DNA of 64,000 nucleotides from an uncultured Acidobacteriaceae bacterium (GTDB lineage Bacteria; Acidobacteriota; Terriglobia; Terriglobales; Acidobacteriaceae): NCBI GenBank assembly GCA_964249695.1, contig CAXUDF010000001.1, positions 43,901 to 107,900 of the forward strand, read 5' to 3'. Shown piece by piece: positions 56,402 to 64,000 of this stretch (position 1 is its first letter; each line of letters starts with the position of its first letter). The notes under the pieces were generated by a model. It saw only the letters and a program-made list of their open reading frames with translations, ran no database searches and was not told where the DNA came from. The position numbers and the translations under genes were made by a program.

Positions 56402-58507
56402 TCACCACACCCGGCAAGTCGGCGCATGCACCATCGGTTGCCCTGCCTTGCACCCGAACGCCTTTGCAAACTGCGGCAGGTTGCTCACCACACCGTTGAT
56501 GCGCGCGAAGCCCGGCGAGTGCGGGTCCGTGATCGCCTGCACCCGCTGCGCCTCGGGCCGGTTGTTTTCGCAGGCCCATTGCGCCATGCCCACAAAGAAG
56601 CGCTGGTCGGGCGTGAACCCATCCTTGCTCTCGGGCGTCTTGCCGTTCTCCTGCATGCCCGACGCCAGATAGGCCAGCAACGTGCCGCCCAGATCGGCCA
56701 CATCCTCCCCGCTGGTCAACTTCGAGTTGATGTGGATGTCATCGACCACCACATAGCCCGCATACTGCTGCCGCACGCAGTTGATGCGATCCTCAAAACC
56801 CTTTGCATCCGCGGGCGTCCACCAGTCGCGCAGGTTGCCCTTGGCATCGAACTGCCGGCCTTCGTCGTCGAACGCATGCGTCAACTCATGGCCGATCGTT
56901 GCGCCGGTGTTGCCGTAATTTGGCGCGTCATCGAGCGACGGATCGTACAGCGGCGGCTGTAACACCCCGGCCGGAAAATTTATGTCGTTCATCTGCGGGT
57001 TGAAGTACGCGTTCACCGTCGGCGGCGTCATCCCCCACTCGTTCAAATCGACCGGCTTGCCCAGCTTCGCCCACTGCCGCGCTCGCTCGAACGCAAACGC
57101 CCGCATCGCATCGCCGAAGTAGTCGTCCCGCTTCACGGTCAACGCCTTGTAATCCCGCCAGTGCGCCGGATACCCCACCTTGTTGCGAATCGCATGCAGT
57201 TTCCGCAGCGCCTCGGCCTTCGTCGCCGGGCTCATCCAGTCCAGCCCCTCGATCTCCCGGCCCATCTCCTGTTCGATCTGGCCGGTCATCAGCTCCGTGC
57301 GCGCCTTCATGTCGGCCGTGAACGTACGCGCCACAAACTCCTGCCCCAGCGCCTCGCCCAGGTTGGTATCCACGGCCCGCACGCAGGTCTTCCAGCGCGG
57401 CGACTTCTGATCGATCCCCCGCAAGGTCTTTCCATAAAAATCGAAGCTGGCTTCGCGAAACGGCGTTGCGAGATAGTTTGCCGACCCATTCAGCAGGTGA
57501 AAGCGTAGATACGCCTTCAGCGCCGGTAACGGCTCCGTCGCCAGCTCAGCCTGCACCAACTTCATGTACGCCGGCTGCGATACATTCAGCGTTCCGCTGT
57601 GCGGCGCGCCTTCCTTGTCGAAGAACTTTACCCACTCGATCGCAGGCGTTAACTGGGCAAGTCCACTCACCTTCATCGGGTGATAGATCTTGTGTGGGTC
57701 GCGCATCTCCACACGGGTGAGTTGCGCCCCCGCCAACGTGGTCTCGATGTGCAGAATGGATTCCGCATCTGTCTTCGCCGCTTCCGGCGACTCACCCGCA
57801 AGCGCGAATACGTGCTGGATGTATGCGCTGTATTGCCCAAGAAGTTTTACGCTCGCGGGATCGCTCTTTAGGTAGTAGTCCCTGTCCGGCAAGCCTAGCC
57901 CACCCGCATTCACCCCGGCGATGATCTTCGAAGCGTCGGCCGCATCCTGTTCGGTACCGCTGTTGAAGAAAAAACTGCCTGGATACTTGCGTGTTAAATA
58001 CGGGATGGACTGGAACACCTCGGCCCGCGTTTGGAGATCGTTCGTCGCTTGCAGAACAGGCTGCAGAGTCCCCAGGCCAACGCCATCGATTGCCGCCGTA
58101 TTCATGCAACTCTCGAAATAGTCGCCCACCTTCTGCTGCACCGCTGTGCGGTTCGCGGCTTTGGCGTCGTCGGCCAGAATGCCCCACAGAAACTGCTCGT
58201 TGTCGTTGCCCAGCTTGGCGTAAACGCTCCACCCGGCCTGATCCGCCGGGATCGGGTTCTTCGCCATCCATCCCCCGCAGGAAAATTTGTAAAAGTCCGT
58301 ACAAGGGTTCACGCTGCGGTCCAGGCTCGTCACGTCGAGCGAAGGCGAGTACGGCATCTTCGCAAGCGGCATCACCGCAGGAACGGGTACCGCGACCGGC
58401 TGCTGCGCCAACGCAGACATGCCACCCCCTGACAAACAGCAAAAAAGCGCAGTCGCCGCGAGGGCAAACCCCTCCATACGAATCCCGATACGAATCAAAG
58501 GACGCAT
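56402..58507 (-). CDS. M13 family metalloendopeptidase
   Basis: PCTDFYKFSCG, GLGLPDRDYY, VNAYF, GHELTHAFD, GEDVADLGG, DPHSP. Confidence 0.93.
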   Translation of the reverse strand: MRPLIRIGIRMEGFALAATALFCCLSGGGMSALAQQPVAVPVPAVMPLAKMPYSPSLDVTSLDRSVNPCTDFYKFSCGGWMAKNPIPADQAGWSVYAKLGNDNEQFLWGILADDAKAANRTAVQQKVGDYFESCMNTAAIDGVGLGTLQPVLQATNDLQTRAEVFQSIPYLTRKYPGSFFFNSGTEQDAADASKIIAGVNAGGLGLPDRDYYLKSDPASVKLLGQYSAYIQHVFALAGESPEAAKTDAESILHIETTLAGAQLTRVEMRDPHKIYHPMKVSGLAQLTPAIEWVKFFDKEGAPHSGTLNVSQPAYMKLVQAELATEPLPALKAYLRFHLLNGSANYLATPFREASFDFYGKTLRGIDQKSPRWKTCVRAVDTNLGEALGQEFVARTFTADMKARTELMTGQIEQEMGREIEGLDWMSPATKAEALRKLHAIRNKVGYPAHWRDYKALTVKRDDYFGDAMRAFAFERARQWAKLGKPVDLNEWGMTPPTVNAYFNPQMNDINFPAGVLQPPLYDPSLDDAPNYGNTGATIGHELTHAFDDEGRQFDAKGNLRDWWTPADAKGFEDRINCVRQQYAGYVVVDDIHINSKLTSGEDVADLGGTLLAYLASGMQENGKTPESKDGFTPDQRFFVGMAQWACENNRPEAQRVQAITDPHSPGFARINGVVSNLPQFAKAFGCKAGQPMVHAPTCRVW

Positions 58508-58604
58508 GAGTTCTCCTGTCCGCCCATCCTACAACGCTGCCTGCTTTGGACGCCCGACCGCTTGAACCACTGGCCTTTAGAGCAAATCTCCTATGGCCAG
58601 GGAG

Positions 58605-58664
58605 TGTCATCTCGACCGAAGCAGAACAGTTTCACCGTTCTGCGCAGTGGAGAGACCTGCAGTT
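58605..58664 (+). repeat. Divergent TGTCAT-tagged hairpin repeat
   Basis: TGTCATCTCGACCGAAGCAGAACAGTTTCACCGTTCTGCGCAGTGGAGAGACCTGCAGTT with an internal GCAGAAC/GTTCTGC stem. Confidence 0.65.
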
Positions 58665-58685
58665 CTAGGTATAGCTTTCGTTTCC

Positions 58686-58768
58686 AGGCTGAAGGCCCGG
58701 CACATCATAGCCTGGGGCGAAGCCCCCCATGAAAATGCAAGACAGACCCCGGAGGGGTGAAAGCCCGA
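58686..58768. repeat. Degenerate copy of second REP-like family
   Basis: AGGCTGAAGGCCCG...TAGCCTGGGGCGAAGCCCC...GGGGTGAAAGCCCGA. Confidence 0.65.
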
Positions 58769-59070
58769 CACAAAGGTCAGGGCCATACCGATGCGGAAAA
58801 CACCATAGAGATCGACTGGAATCTGAAATTGCATCATGTTTCCCCACATCCGCTAGTCTGGATCAGGAAGTCGAACGATCTGCCCGGCGTCGGGATCACC
58901 ATAGAGCAAGCCGCCCGACTTCTGGACCAACGACACACTCTGGAAGTCCGGACCTAACCTCCATCTTTCGAAGACTTTACCCGCGAAAGTATGAGGAGGG
59001 CACCCGCACCTCCCTGCAAACATCCGTTATCCTGCAGCTCGAAGCCAATCAACCTACAGGACCCAAGCCC

Positions 59071-60957
59071 ATGCGACGCCGCACCTTTCTTGCTACACTC
59101 CCCGCCGCCGCCGGTGGCTTCGCGTTCGCACAGAACCAGACAGGCAGCCCAGGCACCACGGCAGGCCCAGGGCAGGGCGGCGCGCCTCTCACCGGGCCGG
59201 AGCACCCGAAATTTCAGGCTGCCGGCCAGGAGCGCTTTGAGCGCCCGGATGTCCACGCCGGCGACCGGCCTTCAGGCGCGAGCTTTGCTTCGCGATCCCC
59301 CGCGCTCGGCTGCAACGGTGCGGCCGGCACCGCGCATCCGTTGGCCACGCAGGTGGCCATCGACACCCTCAAGCGCGGCGGCTCGGCGGCCGACGCGGCC
59401 GTCGCAGCCAACGCCGTGCTCGGCTTCGTCGAACCGACCAGCTCCGGCCTGGGCGGCGACTGCTACGCCTTTGTCTGGGACCCGAAGACCGCCAAGCTCG
59501 AAGGCATGGCCAGCTCTGGCCGTTCGCCCATGGATCTGAGCCTGGCCACGGCAAGGGCACGGTCGCAACCCATCGACGGCAGGCACGTACTGCCCCGCCT
59601 GGGCGCGATCACAGTCTCCGTTCCCGGCGCCCTCGGCGGCTGGTGGGCCCTGCACCAACGCTACGGCAAGCTCCCCTGGGCGACGCTCTTTGAGCCTGCC
59701 ATCCATTACTGTCGAGAAGGTTCGCCCACCCCCCAGATCATCGGCTGGTACATCAAGCGCAACCTCGCTGCCTTCACCAAAGCTGGCTCCGGCGTGGAAG
59801 AGACCGTCAATGCGCTGCACACCTACGCCCCCGGCGGCCGCGCGCCGAACGAAAACGACGTGCGCCGCAACCCCGATCTTGCGCGGACCTATAGCCTCAT
59901 CGCGCAAGGAGGCCGCGACGCGTTTTACGACGGGCCGATCGCCGACACCATCGAAGCCTATTTCAAGCGCATCGGCGGCTGGATGACCCGCGCCGACCTG
60001 CGCGCGCACCAGGCCGAGTGGCCCACGCCGCTCCAAACCGACTACCGCGGCACCACTGTCTACGCGATGGGCGCCAACACCCAGGGGCTGGCTACCCTGC
60101 AAATGCTGTCGATGATCGAACACTTCGATATGCGCGGCTTTGGCTTCCAATCGCCCGAAAGCCTGCACGTGCAGATCGAGGCCAAACGCCTCGCCTATGA
60201 GGACCGCGCTCGCTTCTACGCAGACCCGCACTTCAGCAAAATCCCGATCGACTGGCTCAACTCCAAGGCCTACGCCGCGGAACGCGCGAAGCTGATCGAC
60301 CCACGCAAGATTCTCACCCCGGTCCACCCCGGCCAGGCACCATCGCACGGCGACACCACCTATTTCAGCATCGCCGACAGGGACGGCATGATGGTGTCGG
60401 TCATCCAGTCGAACTTCCGCGGCATGGGTTCGGGGCTGGTGGCCGACGGGCTCGGCTTCATGTTTCAGGATCGTGGCGAACTATTTTCTCTCCAAGACGG
60501 CCACCCGAACGTCTACGCCCCCGGCAAGCGGCCATTCCAGACCATCATCCCCGGCTTCGCCGCCAAGGACGGCAAGCCCTGGCTCAGCTTCGGTGTGATG
60601 GGCGGCGACATGCAGCCCCAGGGCCAAACACAGATCATCGTCAACCGCGTCGATTACGGCCTCGACGTGCAAGCGGCCGGCGACAGCCCGCGCTGGCATC
60701 ACGAAGGTTCTTCGCAAAGCATGGGCGAAGACCCGGCCGGGCTTGGGCCCAAAGGCATCTTGCGCCTCGAAGCCGGCATCCCGCAAAGCACGCAGAACGC
60801 CCTGAAAGCGCTGGGCTGGCCCATGGCCGCCAGTGACGGCGGCTTTGGCCGCTACGAGTGCATCGAGGTGATTACCTCCCACTTCGACGGCCACACCGAT
60901 CGCGTCTACGCTGCCGCCAGCGAGATGCGCGCCGATGGCGTCGCGCTGGCGTACTAG
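59071..60957 (+). CDS. ggt: Gamma-glutamyltransferase family protein with Tat-like signal
   Basis: MRRRTFL signal; [20 protein letters not shown], catalytic [25 protein letters not shown]. Confidence 0.9.
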   Translation: MRRRTFLATLPAAAGGFAFAQNQTGSPGTTAGPGQGGAPLTGPEHPKFQAAGQERFERPDVHAGDRPSGASFASRSPALGCNGAAGTAHPLATQVAIDTLKRGGSAADAAVAANAVLGFVEPTSSGLGGDCYAFVWDPKTAKLEGMASSGRSPMDLSLATARARSQPIDGRHVLPRLGAITVSVPGALGGWWALHQRYGKLPWATLFEPAIHYCREGSPTPQIIGWYIKRNLAAFTKAGSGVEETVNALHTYAPGGRAPNENDVRRNPDLARTYSLIAQGGRDAFYDGPIADTIEAYFKRIGGWMTRADLRAHQAEWPTPLQTDYRGTTVYAMGANTQGLATLQMLSMIEHFDMRGFGFQSPESLHVQIEAKRLAYEDRARFYADPHFSKIPIDWLNSKAYAAERAKLIDPRKILTPVHPGQAPSHGDTTYFSIADRDGMMVSVIQSNFRGMGSGLVADGLGFMFQDRGELFSLQDGHPNVYAPGKRPFQTIIPGFAAKDGKPWLSFGVMGGDMQPQGQTQIIVNRVDYGLDVQAAGDSPRWHHEGSSQSMGEDPAGLGPKGILRLEAGIPQSTQNALKALGWPMAASDGGFGRYECIEVITSHFDGHTDRVYAAASEMRADGVALAY

Positions 60958-60976
60958 CATGCGCATCCAATTCCTC

Positions 60977-61483
60977 ATGACTAAACTCACCGTCGTTCGT
61001 GGAGACATCACCAAACAGCACGTCGACGCGATCGTCAATGCTGCTAACAGCTCGCTTCTGGGTGGCGGTGGCGTGGATGGGGCGATCCATCGCGCCGCCG
61101 GCCCCGAGTTGCTCGACGCCTGCCGCGCTCTGGGTAGCTGCCCTACCGGCGATGCCAAAGCCACCCCCGGCTTCCGCTTGCCCGCGAAATGGATCTTCCA
61201 CGCGGTTGGTCCGGTATGGAACGGTGGTGACCGCGGTGAACCCGAGAAACTTGCGGGCTGCTATCGGCGCTCGCTGGAGTTGGCGCGCGAGCACGGGGTC
61301 ACAAGCCTCGCATTCCCGGCGATTTCGACCGGCATTTACCACTACCCCAAAGGCCCCGCCGCGCAGATTGCCATTCGCGTCTGCCGCGAGTTGGCCGATA
61401 GCTGCGGTGTAGAAGCCATTCACTTCGTCTGCTTTGACGAAGCGACCGCCATGACCTATGAACGGGAACTCGGCGAAGCCTGA
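60977..61483 (+). CDS. Macro domain O-acetyl-ADP-ribose deacetylase (YmdB-like)
   Basis: [38 protein letters not shown]. Confidence 0.93.
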   Translation: MTKLTVVRGDITKQHVDAIVNAANSSLLGGGGVDGAIHRAAGPELLDACRALGSCPTGDAKATPGFRLPAKWIFHAVGPVWNGGDRGEPEKLAGCYRRSLELAREHGVTSLAFPAISTGIYHYPKGPAAQIAIRVCRELADSCGVEAIHFVCFDEATAMTYERELGEA

Positions 61484-61538
61484 TCGGACACTACGCATGC
61501 CGAGACAGATACAAAGCTCGGCACCCGTTGATGGCGGC

Positions 61539-62000
61539 TCATCGCGTTGGGTTATTAGCAAGAAGCCCCAAGTTGATCCACCTTCCGAAAAAATCGCGCG
61601 CTGTATAAGGCATTCGCGAGGCGGGTACAAGCATCATCACGGCACTGCACACGACGCCAATGGTGTCCGCAATGATATCCAGTCGCTCGACCGGATAGTG
61701 GTACACGATGCTTTGAGCAATCTCCGTACCGCATCCCATCAACACCGCCCCGGCAATGCAAAGCAGCCGTGTATATAGCGTTTTCGCATTGCGCAGGAAG
61801 ATAAAGGTAAGCGCCGCAAAGGCGACGAGGTGATACCAGGGGTGAAGTATCCCTCGCGTATGCAGGAGATGCTTGACTCCGGGTGGCAGAAACGACAATG
61901 CCGGCACTGCGGCTCCGGTGAAGAGGAGGAGACCCACAGGCATCCTCCTCGAAGCCAATTCTTCGATGGGTCGATAACGTGAAAGAAGCGCTTTGAACAT
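61539..62000 (-). CDS. VanZ-like membrane protein
   Basis: HLVAFAAL, TEIAQ and DIIADTIG motifs. Confidence 0.65.
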   Translation of the reverse strand: MFKALLSRYRPIEELASRRMPVGLLLFTGAAVPALSFLPPGVKHLLHTRGILHPWYHLVAFAALTFIFLRNAKTLYTRLLCIAGAVLMGCGTEIAQSIVYHYPVERLDIIADTIGVVCSAVMMLVPASRMPYTARDFFGRWINLGLLANNPTR

Positions 62001-62116
62001 ATTTCCAGCATGCGTTGGGGTTACCCGCATTTACCATGGCGCGAAGGTCTCAAAATGCGTGCTTTACTGTCCCAAGTCGAGACATGGCGCAGAATAGGAC
62101 AAGAACACTGGGGTGT

Positions 62117-63025
62117 TCAGGCCCAATCGTCCCGCACCCGCGCCGCATCATTGAGCACCTGTTCGAAGGTGTCCGTCTTTTTCAAAAGGATATCGCCCAT
62201 CTGCTCGCGCTGGTGCAACACAATAGCCTGCAGCCGGACCAGCTCCAACATCGCTAAAAAGGTGCAAATCAGGGCACGTTCCGAGTGCAAATTCCGCAAC
62301 AACCGGCGCAGATTGACGGGTTTCTCGTCCATCAGCAAGCGGCCTTTCACGAAGTCGATCATTTGCCCAACGGTCACGGCGTCCTCATCGATGCGGTGCA
62401 CAGGCCGCTCGCGCAGGCGCTCCATCACCTCGCGAAAGACGCGTACAAGGTCCACGGTGTCGGCGGCGATTTCGCGCTCGCTCCCAAGATCGGGGACACC
62501 TTCATCGTTGAGAAAGCGCCGCAGCCCTGGCCGAGTCCACGTCGCGGCCTCGATCTGCTGTTTTTGCTGCAGCATCTGCGCGGCAGCCTTGAAGCGCTCA
62601 TGTTCGAGCAGCTTTTCGACCAGTTCGCGTCGCGGGTCTTCCGCCTCAAGTAGACCCTGTCGCCCTGCCGGCTCACGAGGCAGCAAGGTGCGGCTCTTGA
62701 TATGAATCAGCAAGGAAGCCGTGTAGACAAATTCGCCTGCGGCATCGATGTCGACTGCTTGCAGGTGGCGCGTGTACTCCAAAAACTGCGCCGTGATGCG
62801 CGCCATGGGGATGTCGTAGATGTCGAGGTTCTGCTTGCGGATCAGGTCTAATAACAGATCGAATGGACCGTCATAGACATGGCCGATGGCAACCAAAAAT
62901 GGAGACTGCGAACTTCCCGCAGCTTCATCGCGCTTCAGGTCCCTCCGCGCGGGTTCCGGTCGCTGCGCCTCCGCATTCGGCGTCACCGTTTCATGATCTT
63001 CCACCGCTTTACGATCTTCCACCAC
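62117..63025 (-). CDS. scpA: SMC-Scp complex subunit ScpA
   Basis: YDGPFDLLLDLIRK, IHIKSRTLLP, EDPRRELV, TFLAMLELVR. Confidence 0.95.
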   Translation of the reverse strand: MVEDRKAVEDHETVTPNAEAQRPEPARRDLKRDEAAGSSQSPFLVAIGHVYDGPFDLLLDLIRKQNLDIYDIPMARITAQFLEYTRHLQAVDIDAAGEFVYTASLLIHIKSRTLLPREPAGRQGLLEAEDPRRELVEKLLEHERFKAAAQMLQQKQQIEAATWTRPGLRRFLNDEGVPDLGSEREIAADTVDLVRVFREVMERLRERPVHRIDEDAVTVGQMIDFVKGRLLMDEKPVNLRRLLRNLHSERALICTFLAMLELVRLQAIVLHQREQMGDILLKKTDTFEQVLNDAARVRDDWA

Positions 63026-63030
63026 GGTCG

Positions 63031-64000
63031 CTAGCGCCCCAGCGGGCGAAGGCCCATGGCGTGCTGCACCTCATCCAGTGTCTGCTGGGCACGCCTAGTG
63101 GCGCGTTCGCGGCCGTTCGCGAGCACATCGTCGATCACATCAGGACGTTGTTCCAGATCGCGGCGGTGCGCCTGGATGGGAGCAATGGTGTGCAGAATCG
63201 AATCGGCACACCAACTCTTGCACTCAATACAGCCGATGCCGGCGGTCGTGCAGCCGTCGTAAACCTTGGCCAAGGTTTCCTGGTTGGAAAACACCTTGTG
63301 CAGGTCGCCGACGGGGCAAATGTCGGGGTTGCCCGGGTCATCGCGGCGAACTCGAGCCGGATCGGTGACCATGGTCTTCAGTTTGGCCCGCAACTCCGCT
63401 TCCGGCTCGGAAAGCATAAGGAAATTGCCATAGCTCTTGGACATCTTCCGTCCGTCCAAACCCGGTAATTTGGGGCTGGGCGTGAGCAACGCTTCGGGCT
63501 CAGGCAGAATCGCGTTCCGGCCGTAGCCCGTGAGCTTCTTGGTATTCTGTGCTGCTTCAAAGAGCTGGTGGGGGGTGAACTGCACGCGCGGGGAGTCCTT
63601 CAGTTCGCCCGCATTTTTGCGCGCTCTTTCAAGGATGGCGGGCATCTCCCACGATCTCGCCTCAGGCGCAAGAAAGAACGCACCCGGGTAGAGCTGATTG
63701 AAGCGCCGGGCGACCTCGCGGGTCAACTCCACGTGCGCCACCTGATCGGCCCCGACGGGAACAAAATGCGGTTTATACAGCAAGATGTCCGCCGATTGCA
63801 GCAGGGGATAGCCTAAAAAACCGTAGGTATTGAGCTCTTTTTCTGCCAGTTGCTCCTGCTGGTCCTTGTAGGTCGGCACGCGCTCCAGCCAAGGTACAGG
63901 GGTGATCATGCCGAACAGGGTGTTGAGCCGGTCGTGGAGCATGATGTCGCTCTGGCGAAAGATGACGCAGCGGCCTGGATCGAGCCCGGCAGCGAGAAAG
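63031..64000 (-). CDS. trpS: Tryptophan--tRNA ligase (5' end beyond window)
   Basis: YPLLQSADIL, VPVGADQ..HVELTR, KMSKS, DPGNP, GIGCIECK. Confidence 0.95.
   Translation of the reverse strand, partial: FLAAGLDPGRCVIFRQSDIMLHDRLNTLFGMITPVPWLERVPTYKDQQEQLAEKELNTYGFLGYPLLQSADILLYKPHFVPVGADQVAHVELTREVARRFNQLYPGAFFLAPEARSWEMPAILERARKNAGELKDSPRVQFTPHQLFEAAQNTKKLTGYGRNAILPEPEALLTPSPKLPGLDGRKMSKSYGNFLMLSEPEAELRAKLKTMVTDPARVRRDDPGNPDICPVGDLHKVFSNQETLAKVYDGCTTAGIGCIECKSWCADSILHTIAPIQAHRRDLEQRPDVIDDVLANGRERATRRAQQTLDEVQHAMGLRPLGR

Noticed and set aside
58757-58957. 66-aa ORF in the M13-ggt intergenic region
   Set aside because: Starts inside a repeat and has no recognisable motif; may be a gene fragment but is unsupported.
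1-64000. tRNA, rRNA, integrase or prophage genes
   Set aside because: None recognised by eye; a tRNAscan/Infernal run would be needed to exclude small RNAs fully.

Overview
High-GC bacterial chromosome segment, most likely Acidobacteriaceae. That call is inferred from an Acidobacterial-type VWA protein, Ig-like repeat secreted proteins, a short PheT and the overall gene content. The core backbone is iscU-iscA-hscB/hscA, pheS/pheT-zapB-zapA, 6S RNA, lgt-like/rluD, pcrA/uvrD and trpS-scpA/scpB, and normally contiguous operons are repeatedly split by inserted accessory genes. Non-coding features are a fluoride riboswitch upstream of a CLC-F exporter, a 6S RNA, two families of palindromic REP-like repeats and heptamer tandem arrays. 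The best candidate for an under-described system is a 416-bp unit (29739-30154): one small GIY-YIG nuclease gene between perfect 39-bp inverted repeats. Degenerate relatives of those repeats occur at about ten other sites, including in frame inside hscA and uvrD. Other notable items: an orphan PAAR/adaptor/toxin/immunity cassette with a hidden frameshift, a deletion scar fusing an Xre antitoxin start to a RES toxin end, an orphan Nmad3 gene and AAA ATPase inside pheST, a 51-aa basic protein and a subclass B3 metallo-beta-lactamase both missing from the ORF track, a PriL-CTD-like protein, and a recurring leaderless-promoter signature. All family assignments come from motif recognition by eye; no searches were run.
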